Source: Phyllobates terribilis (taxonomy: Eukaryota). Taken from it: a stretch of 64,000 bases of DNA. The notes under the pieces were generated by a model. That model was not told the origin of the DNA. It saw only the letters and a list, made by a program, of their open reading frames with translations, and ran no database searches. Position 1 is the stretch's first letter. Every line of letters begins with the position of its first letter. The stretch is from positions 544,794,001 through 544,858,000 of the forward strand of contig NW_027362771.1 of assembly GCF_046119375.1 (NCBI RefSeq), written 5' to 3'. A program made the translations under genes and the position numbers. Shown here in pieces: positions 11,420 through 23,547 of the stretch.

Positions 11420-12410
11420 TTTAATATTGTGATTAAAAAATGACTAAACTTTTAGTTTGCTTTTTTTATAATTTTGTCTCCACCTTGACATGCTTAACAT
11501 GTCACTCTCCGCAAGGAGAAATGTTACCTCTTGGATCCCAGTCAGATGCCTCTCACCCAGCCGAACCAGATATCACACTTTGCACTGACGAGGGGCAGTA
11601 CCCCGAAACACAGAGTCTGCAAATTGAGATTCTGGTTTGGCTTTTATCCTAAGTCACGTGACAAGGCTTGTTAGAGAGTCGATATTGACTTTTAGGATTG
11701 CTACTTCCTGTAGGTGGTGCTAGAGGTCTAGTCCTCTTCCTGTCTGAAGAGGCAATTTGCATGTCTCCAGCATAGAAAGTTATGAAATAAATAACTTTAT
11801 TATGAGATTTGTCTTCATTCTTGTAAAAATTACATTTAAGTGACTTTTAAACTCTCTATTTTCCTGTCTGATATCAGAAAGTACTCATTTGGAGAACAGA
11901 TGATGGCAGTGATGGGTCAGTTCAGCTCCTGTGTCTCACTAACTCTGGGGATGAGAGGCTGCAGTACATTGTTCTGATAAGGGCACAGCCAGACAGATGT
12001 ATAAATTGGACCTAGATCAAATCACAAGGCTCGGACTGGCCAGCAGCTCTCCTGACCTGAGCGTGACAGCTTCCTATATTTCTATGCAGCTTTCACGCTC
12101 CAGGCAGGAGAGCTGCGGCCAGTCCGAGCACTGAGGTCCGATTTATACAGCCGTCTGAATGCGCCCTAAGCAGAACACTCAGAGGAGGACACAGGGTCTG
12201 AGTTGACCATTTCATTGCCATCATCTGTACTCCATATGAAGTGAGTAGACTGGAGAAAAGCAGGTGGTTTGGAAGTCACTTATATGCATTTTTTTTTCCG
12301 GAATGAAGACAAATTCCCTAATAAAGTGATTTACAAAGTTTCATAACTTTCCATGCTGTACAAAATTATAAGAAAAATGAAAGTTTAATTACTTTTCAAT
12401 TTAATATGAT
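11420..12410. mobile_element. Fold-back MITE hosting the HHR element in its left arm
   Basis: Arms cagcatagaaagttatgaa / ttcataactttccatgctg, with inner pairing across ~11880-12240. Arm homology resumes left of 11475. Confidence 0.65.
11579..11623 (+). ncRNA. Type I hammerhead ribozyme motif
   Basis: TTTGCA-CTGACGA-GGGG(CAGTA)CCCC-GAAAC(ACAGA)GTC/TGCAAA: stem I, core, stem II, short stem III and a GUC cleavage triplet. Confidence 0.8.
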
Positions 12411-12814
12411 TAAGCGCTGTGAGTGCATCTTTCATTCTGGAGGACCCTGTACATCCACACATTACACACAAGGTCTTTTGATTTCAATGAGAATTGTGCA
12501 ATGCTTTGTTTTACCTGCGGTGGCGCTGCAGGGAGATATAACACTTTTACTGTTGATCAGTGGGATTTATAGCAGAGGGACAACCTGTCATCCACATGTT
12601 TTAAATGACCCTTCCGACAATAGGGGATTGACCAAAGCAGACAATCCTCTGGCTCAACCTTACTTTTTAGAGAGGGAATACACAGTTTATGTTCACCACC
12701 ACCATGTCTGTGGGCTAAATCTCTTCACACAAAGTGTTTCATGGCAGAGAAAGTACAGGAGAGGATGCAACATTATAATATATATCCTCCAGTAACAAAT
12801 GTGATATATCTGCG

Positions 12815-12972
12815 AGAGGTGGTGAGTTCTCCTTCAATGGAAGTCTCCAAACAGAGGCTGGACAGACAGCTGTCTGAGATGGTTTAGTGAGTCCTGCATT
12901 GAGCAGGTGGTTGGACACGATGACCCTGGAGGTCCCTTCCAACTCTAACAGTCTATGGTTCTAGCATTCTAA
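12815..12972 (+). mobile_element. CR1 LINE 3' end (second copy)
   Basis: Homologous to 1444-1637. Confidence 0.75.
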
Positions 12973-13019
12973 TTACTCATCATGGAGTAGAGACCTATAC
13001 AAAATAAACAAGAGCTGTT

Positions 13020-13620
13020 GTTTTCAGCACCATGGAGAGATCATGATTTTTGACCAATGGTAGAAGGTGTACACCATAGTTGTGGATAAGATATATCTGT
13101 CGATGGATGCTCCTGAGTCCCTCATAATCAAGCACCCTGGTATTGGCTGAGAAGGCACAAAGACACCGATAAGAATAGACATCCGTGAAGGCAGATGATG
13201 GGTGATGGCCAGGGTGCTCCTATCCCACATGAGGGTACCAGCGAGATTGGCTAACCTTTACCTTATGTATATGGTCAATGGTTTGTAAGCCATAAAATAT
13301 AGGTGGTTAGAAATAATTTGCCAGTTATTTATGAAAGGCATATTGTTCTTGCCAAATTAATCCCAACGGCCAGAGCTTATCATCAACCATTTAGGCAAAA
13401 ATAAAGCATCTCTATTCATCAGCAGTTCGAGGTTTTCCTTTCCCGATTACTTGTCTTTGCACTGTCATCCAGTCTGAGGACTGTTTGCTATTATATATGC
13501 AGACCCTTATTGGTACCTTTCAGAATTGAGTTATATATCGGCAATGGAAGTTTGCCTTAATGGGTGTGCAGGAACCTACCCACCACACGTGCGAAATGTT
13601 GGGGAGAAATGTAGTTTATA
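13020..13620 (-). mobile_element. Possible degenerate L1-type ORF2 fragment
   Basis: Broken minus-strand translation (…QTIDHIHKVKVSQSRWY…) is weakly L1-like. Confidence 0.3.
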
Positions 13621-14264
13621 AATATAGCCTAGCCAACCTAAAAGGCACCAAAATTGGACAGAACATCCAGGGACGGATTTACTGTATGTGTAGCCGGTTC
13701 AGCTGTACATGAGCCCTATGAGGCTGCCATGTCCTTATACTTATGCAGGCTCATAACAATCACAGTACACATTCTATGTAACGGAAGGTAAGAGCTACAA
13801 TTGATTCCTAAATGCATCTTCCTTTAATTTTCTGCAATTATTCTATCACCATGACTGCATATGCCCTTACGGTTATTGCTCCACTAATCCATTCTGTCCT
13901 TCGCTATTCTCAAACCCCATCACCCGCTGAACAAATATTTATCTATCCTTCTATCTTACCCCTTCACTTGACCTCAACTGCTGTCCTGCTCCAAAACCTT
14001 AGATCCCTAATTTTTGAAACACAAAACAAGCCGGGAACTCTCCTTACCCCTTCTCCTCTCCTTCTCTTTGCTTCTCCTCATTAATTCTGGACCTCCACAG
14101 CTAATACCTAATATTTCCACTTCCTATCACTCCCCAGCTACTAGAAATTACTGCAACCTCCTAACCTAAAGCCCATTTGCTTGATCCCCGCTCCACTGCT
14201 CTCTCTGAAGCACTATGGAATGCCTGACCCATCAGTAATAAACTCCATGTCATTCATGACCTCT

Positions 14265-16060
14265 CTACTAGAGATGAGCGAACCTTTTGATGTTCGGGTT
14301 CGTCAATTAAACCCGAACATCAAAAAAATGTCCGTGTTTGGGCACCCAATCCCGAACCCGAACGGGGCCCCCGAACATCCCTGGTTTCCCATGCTGTCAT
14401 TGGCGTTACAGCGCGGGAAAAAAGGGCTGTGATTGGCAATAACATCTCTACCGCCGGTCACAGCGCTGCGGGATCACAATGTCAGGAGTCAGTGTGATCC
14501 CGTAGCTGTGACAGTTACCCGTAGTAAAAAGCTTACCGCAAGTCATAGGCGCCGGCTGATGAGACTACTACCCCATCATCACCCGGCGCCTTTTGTCACT
14601 GTAAACAAGCAGTGCAAGCACCGTTGATGTGACGAGTAATCTCTCAGCAGCCAGTGCTTGCGCAGTGAAAGAAAAAAAAAAAAAAAAGTTAAAATAAATA
14701 AATAATTATTTCAATAAAAATAATAAACACATTATACTCAACTACATCTAATCGTCGATGTTCTCGTCCCCTGTAAAAAAAAATAAAAAACACCATATAC
14801 TCACCTTACACCTAATCCCCAATGCCCATGTCTCCTGAAATAAAGATAAAATAATAAACCACCATAATCCTCACCTGTCCACCATAGTATATATAATATT
14901 GAGTGTCCCACAATGATTTCACTGATAGCACAGCCACATCTGGAGATGTGACCTTGCGATCGCTCCCGCAGTGTATCGCAATGAGCTGCCAGCACTGAGG
15001 TCACTGGAGTTCAAACAGCTGAAGATCACGACACCGGTGCTGCGTGAGAATTTTCCCACGCAACACTGATGCAGTAAGTGAGGGCACTTGAGCTCACAGC
15101 TGATCTTCAGCTGTTTGAACTCAAGTGACTTCACTCCTGCAGCACAGCACTATACACTGACAGGAGTGGTTGCACTCCTGTCAGTGTATACAGTGCTGTC
15201 TTCTACAACAGTCACATCAGTGATTGCTGATGTGGCTGCTATAGAAGTGAGCCGGTTCGTCATGGGACACTGTGGATTAAGTCATGATGGCGGACAGGTG
15301 AGGGATATGGTTGTTTTTTATTTTTGGTTTCTTACAGGAGACGAGGGCTTCGGGGATAGGGCGTTAGGTGAGTATACAGTGTTTTTTATCTTTAAATAAA
15401 TTATTAAAACCATGGAATTTTACTTAAAATAAAATACTTTATTCTGGCCGTGTCTTTATTTCAAAACCTTGACTATAGTAAGGTTTTACTAGTAATAAGG
15501 ACATCTTATAGATGCCCTCCATTACTAACCTGTGCTTCATGTCAGCCGCCAATACAAGGCTGACATGAATCCCAACCCTATTATCCCCCTAGCCATGGTT
15601 ATATGGCAGTGGGAAGAGTGAGGCTAAGCGCCAGATTTGGCGCATCTTATGAATGTGCCATTTCTGGGGCTGCTGAGGGCTGATATTACTAGCCTTGGGG
15701 GGGAGGCATGATCCATGGCCCCTTCCCTGGCTATTATCAGCTCACATTTGTCTGTTTAGCCTTTGATGGTTAGATTTTATAGGGGTATCCTACGTCAATT
15801 TTTTTCTGGGGTCCCCCTGTAATCTAGCCAGTTAAGGCTAAGCAAACAGCTGTGAGCTGTTATTAATAGCCAGGGAACATCTTTGGCTAACGGCATCTTC
15901 CCTGGTTAGTAATATCAGCCCTCAGCGGTTGGCTTTCCCTCTGCTGGTTATGAAAATGACACGGGAGCCCACGCATTTTTTTTATTTAATTCTTCATTTT
16001 ATTTCATTTCTAAGAAATCCCATGCCCATTGTGCTTGTTTTTGAAGCTGCGTAAACTCAC
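14265..16060. mobile_element. Non-autonomous DNA-transposon-like repeat nested in L2
   Basis: Starts tagagatgagcgaacc and has internal inverted arms (~14780-14900 / ~15280-15395, tactcacc/ggtgagta). Confidence 0.5.
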
Positions 16061-16597
16061 CCGCAGCATGTCAATTTCTGTAGCAGAGACGCAAGTCTTT
16101 TACACAGACAACCACACCGTTTTACTACCAATCCTCTCTTTCCTTGGCATCAAAGAGCTTGACCTCTCATGGATCTTCTCATAACTCACTAACCGCACAG
16201 TTAGCATCTCCCATTCCCTAATACCACCTTATATCGCCCTCACTCTGTCTGAGTCTCTCAAGGATCTGTACTAGGACCCCTACTCTTCTTCATCTATACT
16301 GTTTGCATGGGACAACTCATAAAATCCAATGGCTTTCAGTACCTATGATGACACTCAGATCTACTTTTTCTGGCCCAGATGTCACCTCTCTGCTGTTCAG
16401 AACCTCAGAGTGTCTATCGGCCATATTTTCTTTTTTCTCATTGCGCTTTCTAAAACTCAATGTTGACAAAACCAAACTCATCATCTTTTCCTCCATCTCA
16501 TTCAAACCCCTAGATCTATCTATCACAATAAATGACATCACATTTTCCCCTGAATCACAAGTCTGCTGCCTCGTAGTAACTCGTGACTTCTCCCTGT

Positions 16598-17159
16598 TGT
16601 AACATCTGTACCAGTTTCTGCTTCGGGTGCTTGGCGGCGCCACACCATTGTTGCAGGTCATGACTGATCGCATCAATCCTATTTTATTCCTAGGACTTGT
16701 GGCTCTGGCCAGTCCGGAAGCTACGGGTTTAATCTTGTTGATTTGGTTTCTTTCTGCTGTCAGCATTGGGTGGGGCTGTTCTATATAAACCCCTGAAAAC
16801 CAGCTCCCACTGCCAGTCAATGGTTTAGCTATCCTGGTTCAGACCTTCTGTGTTTTGTCCTGATTATTCCCGTTCTTTGACCCTGACTTGATATTTCACT
16901 ACCCGCTTGTTTTAGGATTTTGGTCCTGACGTGACTTCTTGGCTTTGAACCCGCTTGGCGACCATTCCTACCTCTGGTTTGCACTTTCGGATGACAGCCC
17001 TTCCATAGTAGCTATCCACTGGATCGTGTTGTAAAACAAGATCCCTGTATAGGGGATAAAGGGTATCAGGGTACTTCAGGAATCTGCTAGATGGAGTGGC
17101 TTGTGCCAACTCTGTCTGAGGTAGCCTTTTTGAGCCTGTGGCCTCAGGCAGACGTGACA
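16598..17159 (+). mobile_element. Solo LTR (562 bp)
   Basis: TGTAACA...GTGACA termini; perfect 5-bp TSD CCTGT (16593-16597 / 17160-17164); internal TATA-like ctatataaa. The L2 reading resumes across it. Confidence 0.85.
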
Positions 17160-17925
17160 CCTGTGCTTCAAACCACACATCCAAGCCCTTACCACCGCCT
17201 GCCACTTTCAATCCAAAAATATTTCCAGAATTCGACCCTTCTGCAACTCTGGATCTACTAAAATGTTAGCAATGTCCTTATCATCTCCCACCTTGACTAC
17301 TGCAATGTTCTCCTCTATGGCCTCCAACTAACTCTTTCTCACCTCTCCAGTCCCTCCTTAACTCTGCTGTTTAATTAATCCACCTCTTCCCTTGCTACTC
17401 TTCCACCTTTCCCCTCTTTATTGACTTCCAATTCCCCAACAAACCCAACTTAAAATACTAAAAATTACCTACAAGGATGTCTATAACCTCTCTCTTCCAT
17501 ATATCTCGAAAGAAATCTCCCGATATCTGCCCACATGTAATCTCCGGTCCTTACAAGACCTCCTTCTTTTTTCCCTATCATCCCCCATTCTCTGAAATTC
17601 CGTGCTCCAACACGTCCGATTTTCTCCCATATTTGAAACCTTCATACTTAACTTGAAAACTCATCTCTATAAGAAAGCTTACAGTCTGCAATGACCCCAC
17701 TGCCACCAATCCACCACCGGAGCTGCTGCAAACCCCCCCAACCTACTGTCTCTCTCCCCATTACCCAGTAGATTGTAAGCCCATGAGAGCAGCGTGCTTT
17801 CCCACTCTGTAGCAGTATGTCACTGTTAATGTGTACATTGTAATTTATACATTTATCTTGTATGTAAACCTTCTTCATATGTACAGCACCATGGAATTAA
17901 TGGTGCATAAAAATAAAAAATAGAA

Positions 17926-19770
17926 GGCAGAAACATTAACAGTGAGCCACAGACTGTACTTTTACGTATTAGAGAATTTTGTCTACCTAAGGGTCTAATG
18001 GTGTACTTCTTCACTGGCATAATATACTGGTACATAGAAATACATGTTTATACAACAGTACGTTATGGGTCAAAAAAGATCAAAAGTAAAAGAGATTTTT
18101 TTATCCATAAAGTTAATTAAAAATAATGGTGTAAAAACAATTATAATAATCTCATTTTTTTATACACTTTTTTTTAAAATAAACATTACAAACCAGTAAA
18201 TAACATGTACATGCTTGATATTGTGGAAGTGTAACAACCCATATAATAAAGTTAACATATTATTTATGACGATTGGTAAAAGGAAATAAATAAAAATGGT
18301 GCAAATGTCTTTTTTTTTTCCATTTAACCCATAATAAAAGGTAATATAAAGATAACGCTTAACTAAGTGTATGGTAAAATGGCCCCAAAATAAAACCTAC
18401 CTCTTGTCTCTCTCAAAAAAAACAGACATCATAGAGCAAAGTTTATGTAAAAATGAAAAAGTTATGGTTGTTATGAAGTTCAAAACAAAAACATTCTTCT
18501 GATCATCTAAACAAAAATGTCCATCAGTAAAGAGATTGCAGTACAAATTTTGTGGCATACTAGGTCATCTCTCCTTTTAATGGTATATTCACACATGGTG
18601 GGTTTTTGGCATACTTTGGTAGAAATTACAGGATGCATGTACTGTATATATGTGTAATGCGCACCTGTGTATATTATATGTATATGTTTTACTATATATA
18701 TACAGTATGTGTGTGTGTGTGTGTATCTTATATATGCTAGTATGCATATATGTACAATGTATATTTGTGTTTAATGTGTTAATGTATGTACAATGTGTGA
18801 ACATGTGCATATTTTATATATCTGTTAATATGCATGTGTACACATGGGTGACGCCTAATCCTTCTCTCCCCCAACATCATCTCTTAGGGGAGAGTCAGGA
18901 GGCCGCCATACACTAGACTGTCAACCTCGATTTAGACAACTTTAGTTTACTGTGATCACTAGATGCTTTCAAATATTTAATTTGTTTTCTTGAATCAAGT
19001 CCTACCCAGGATTCAAAGCCCTCTAGCTTGGGAGGCAGAAACCTTAACAGTGAGCCACAGAATGCCATATTACATTTCAGAGAATTTTCTCTACCTAAAG
19101 ATCTAAACTGTATATTTATTCTTCAATGGCATAATGTACTGGTACATAGAAATATATCTTTACACACCAGTACATTATAGGTAAAAAAAAAAAAGATCAA
19201 AAGTAAAAGAGATTTTTTTAGCTATAAAGTTAATAAAAAATAATGGTGCAAAAACAATTATAGTAATCTCATTTTTTATACACTTTTTAAAAAAAAAAAC
19301 AAATGTTATAAACCAGTAAATATAAAAGACTGGAATAAAATGGGTTAAAACTGCGCTACCATCTGAAGGATGATGAGGAGACAGGAATTCAAGATTACTG
19401 TTTATTAGTCAACGCGTTTTGAAGTATCAAACTTCTTCATCAGGACAAACCACAGTGATCGCTGATCTGTCCTGATGAAGAATGTTGATACTTTGAAACG
19501 CGTTGACTAATAAACTGGAATCTTGGATTCCTGTCTCCTCATCATCCTTCTGACGGCAGCGCAGTTTTAACCCATTTTATTCCAGTCTTTTATGGTTCCA
19601 TAATCCTGGGTCTGCAGCAGCCTAAGCCTTCTAGTGGTTGTGAGCACACAACCCGACCAGTTGAGCCCTATTGCCCACATTTTTTCCAATTTATTATCCG
19701 GATGAGACCCTATTTGTCCTTCCAGCTTTTTACTCTATAAACCAGAAAATAACATGGATATATTTGATAT
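17926..19770. repeat. Local dispersed duplication (~300 bp)
   Basis: 17926-18220 aligns with 19034-19320 plus 19750-19770. Confidence 0.8.
19321..19735. mobile_element. Penelope-like fold-back insertion with two opposed hammerhead motifs
   Basis: ~125-bp inverted arms across 19322-19593. HHR motifs at 19469-19507 (+) and 19408-19446 (-). TSD tataaaccagtaaa / tataaaccagaaaa. Confidence 0.75.
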
Positions 19771-20099
19771 TGCTCTAGTGTTAGACCTTATATGATCACA
19801 TATTAATCACTTATCATAAAAATGGTACAGAAATGTTAGATGTAGTGGTGATGGCATTGTAGAGTAGTGAGGAGGGCTGGATCATCCATGGTGAAATCTC
19901 TGCTTACTGCTTATAATGATGTAGTTAGAAGTAGTAAACGGATTACTATTTTCCTTACACATCACTTTACTTTATCCATTAAATCTGTAATGTAAAAATA
20001 TAGTCCTGGGGGGTAAGACCGCTGACGGCCTCCATGCAATTCGGTGATATATATCATTAGGAGATCCAATAGCTTAATTGTATATTTTTCTGTAGTGAC

Positions 20100-21606
20100 T
20101 GCGCTTATCCTGTCAAACATTTCCCATGATAGATTGCCGCTCGACCACATGTCTGTTCTTGTATTTTTCACCCCAGATGTTTCCAGATAGTAATATCAAG
20201 GAAACTTGTTCAACTAGCTTTTCCACATCTATCACTACATTACGACACAAAGGCGGGAATAAATAGTAATACTGAGATGTTGGATTTCCACAATTGTAAA
20301 ATGTAAAAAAAGCAGATACTCTACTAAATTCTCTGGAGCTATCGGTCCATCTATAGATAACAAATGGAGGCAGCACTCCAAAAAATGAAGTGCAAGAGTA
20401 CTGTCCCAAGTGGCAAAGTTTCGTTTTATAGTGTGAACCTTGATAAAGATTCACACTATGAACCGAAACGTCATTACATGGGCTTAATAAAGTCCCGCCA
20501 GTAATCTTGCACTTTATTTGTTGGAGTGTTGCCGCCATTTGTTTCCTATATTCAAAATTGAGGCTTGGCACTCAGATGTCCTCTATAAAGCTAGTGCTGC
20601 TTTAATTTTTTTCTGTATCTATCTATCTATCTATCGTAACATTTGCATCTTTACTAGTAGTGGACAACCTAAGGGTAGAACATCAATAAGTTTGTATTAA
20701 CGACAAAGTTCCACTAATGGAATCCTATGTGGTAATTCTGGTCATAAACTCAATATTGGCATGACACACACTCTTTTTCCACAGGGACTTAATCCCCCAA
20801 AAAATAAATTTGTATGAGCATATTATTCAACCATAAAAATAAATGTTATTATGTCAAAAAATTAAAAACAATAAAATACAGTGCTTCACAAAAAAGAGCG
20901 GGTAGCAAATTGATTTACATGCATAGACAATTGATGAGAAAATATTTCATTAAAAAACCTTTATGTTATGAAATATGTAAAGAAGACCTATAGAATAAGG
21001 ACAAACCCAATTTGTGGCTAAAACACATGTTATGTGCATATGGGGAAAACGGTGTTGAAACATTGAGTACCACCTGTGTAATACAGGAATAGGTAAGTAT
21101 GGACTGACATGTTTAAACAATAATGAATAGCTGCCAATCAACAACAATTCTACACACAGTTTTCCAATGACTATGTGAATACATTAAATAAGAATGAATA
21201 GGAGAGTGAATATCAAAAGGGTTAATACCTTGATAAAGTGCTCTGTGCAACCGCCCACCCGTCGCCCCGACGTGCGTTTCGTCTAGCCTTCTTCAGGGAG
21301 CTATAGTTGGTATGCCGCATGTGTGATATATATATAGTGGAAATGTGAATCTCGCATCGTTAGCCGGTGTACGCTCTGCTACTTCCGGTCAGGACCCAAC
21401 CTTCAGTGGCACATGCGTAGGATGAAAACTTTCTTTAACCATGGAACTTCCGTTCGCGGCAGTGAAGCTTTTTTGTGAAGCACTGTATTTTATTGTTTTA
21501 CATTTTTTGACATAATAAAATTTATTTTTATGGTTGATTAATATACTAATTTCTTTTTTTGGGGATTAAGTCCCTGTGGAAAAAGAGTGTGTGTCATATC
21601 AATAAG
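20100..21606. mobile_element. Penelope-like remnant cluster: RT fragment, fold-backs and HHR motifs
   Basis: Minus-strand SFLDITIWK (FLD motif) at ~20170-20210; fold-back 20345-20550; inverted repeats 20752-20898 / 21465-21606; HHR-like motif on - at 21265-21300. Confidence 0.55.
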
Positions 21607-21614
21607 TTTGTGTA

Positions 21615-23230
21615 GTAACTAAGGATAGTCCATGGCTATGGTGGATTAGCTATGGATAGGCCATAGAGAGGTTGTGGGCTACCTAGGGATAGACCATAGA
21701 TAAGGAGGTGGACTACCTAGGAATAAGCCAGAGATAATGTGGTGGACTACCTTGGGATAGACCATAGATAAGGTTGGTAAAGTAAGTAGGGATATAGCAT
21801 AAGGTGGTGGAATACCTAAGGATAAGCCATGGTGGTGGACTACCTAGGGAAAAACCATAGAGATAGACAGTAAAGTAATGGACTACCTAGGGGGATAGAC
21901 AAAAAAATAAGGTGGTGGACTACCTTGGAACAGACCATACATTAAGTGGTGGACTACCTAAAAATACGCAATAGATAAGGTGGTGGAGTGGATTACCTAG
22001 GGATAAACCATTGTGAGGTGTTGGACTACCTAAGGAAAGATCATAGAGAGGTGGTGGACTACCTAGAGATTGACCATAGATAAGGTGGTGGGCTACCTAG
22101 AAACAAACCATCAATGAGGCACTGTACTGCCAGAATCCAGACATACACATTAGATGGCTGTCAAACAAACGATGCTTTGGTTGATGGTTCAGCCAACATC
22201 CATCTCAGCCGACTCTATCATACACAAGAGCGCTCACTTTAGTGAACTCTCCTATGTTCCCTATGAAAGACGTCAGCTGCATGTTGGCCAGCGGCTTATC
22301 TTCGAAAAAACAATGTGCTCATCAGTCCTTGATCGGATATGCCAAATTGACATTTCCCCCAATGATCAGTCAGCCAGCACCCCCATACTGTTAATCAAAC
22401 CCGTTGACATCTGTGAGTCCAGCCGACATTAGTCTAATGGGTATGGGGGCTTTAAGGATATACCATAAATAAGGTGGTAGACAACCTAGGGATAGACGAT
22501 ATATATAACATGGTGTAGTATCCAGGGACAGACCATAGATAAGGTGATGTACCACCTAGGGATAAACCAAAGATAGTACAGACTACCTTGAAATAGACCA
22601 TCGATAAGGTGGTGGAATACCTAGAGATAGACCATAGATAAGTTGGTGGACTAACTTGGAATATACTATAGATAAGTTGATGGAATACAGAGGAATACGC
22701 TACTGTATATAAAAGGAATTGGACGACCTTGGAATAGTTGCTAGACAAGGTGTTGGACTACCTAGGAATAGACTATAAATAAGGTGGTGGATTACATAAG
22801 GATAAACCATAGATAAAGTGGTGGAATAGCTAGGAATAGACTATAGATAAGGTGCTGGACTACCTAGGAAAAGGCTATAGATAAGGTAGTGGGCTATCTA
22901 GGAGTAGGCTATAGAAAGGTGTTAAACTACCTAGGAATAGGCCAAAAATGAGGGTAGTGTGCTTCGTAGGGATAGACCAAAGATAAGGTGATAGCTTACC
23001 TAGCGATAGTGGATTGATAAAGGGTGTGTAGAAACTAGGGATAGTCCATAAAATAAGGTGGTGGACTACCTATGAATAGACCATAGATAAGGTTGTGAAA
23101 TATCTAAGAATAAACCATAGAGAGATGGTGGACTATCTAGGGAAAGACCATAGAGAAGTGGGTGGATTACTTAGAGATAGACCATAGATAAGGTGGTTGA
23201 CTCGCTAGGGATAGACCATAGATAATGAGG
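21615..23230. repeat. Degenerate 34-bp minisatellite, interrupted by a MITE at ~22110-22450
   Basis: Consensus ggtggtggactacctagggatagaccatagataa. Confidence 0.85.
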
Positions 23231-23432
23231 TGGATTACCACCAATCATCCATTTACTTTATGAAGGTTATCTCTAGTGTGCCTTAATGAGTGTTCGTGTA
23301 GAACGTACAGATTAATGTGGATGTTATGCTGATGACATGACCCACATAACCTTTTTTTGCTGATATCTCTTGATCAGTGTAATCCTCTCTTACAGATCAC
23401 TGATTGTGTCCTGGATTTCTCTTTTCTTATAG

Positions 23433-23547
23433 GACGGTGAGGTCATCGGCATAAACACATTGAAAGTGACAGCGGGTATATCATTTGCTATTCCATCTGA
23501 CAGAATACGACAATTCCTGGCTGAATCACATGACCGTCAGCTAAAAG
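23433..23547 (+). CDS. htra4: HTRA4 exon 6
   Basis: [38 protein letters not shown]; 115 bp; ag/gt boundaries. Confidence 0.95.

Larger units (their letters stand above)
13810..17922 (+). mobile_element. Fragmented L2 LINE, interrupted by nested insertions
   Basis: RT motifs (S)[10 protein letters not shown] (~16258-16290) and a degenerate YADDTQIY (~16340-16365). The 3' tail catggaattaatggtgcataaaaataaaaaata ends at ~17922. Confidence 0.75.
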
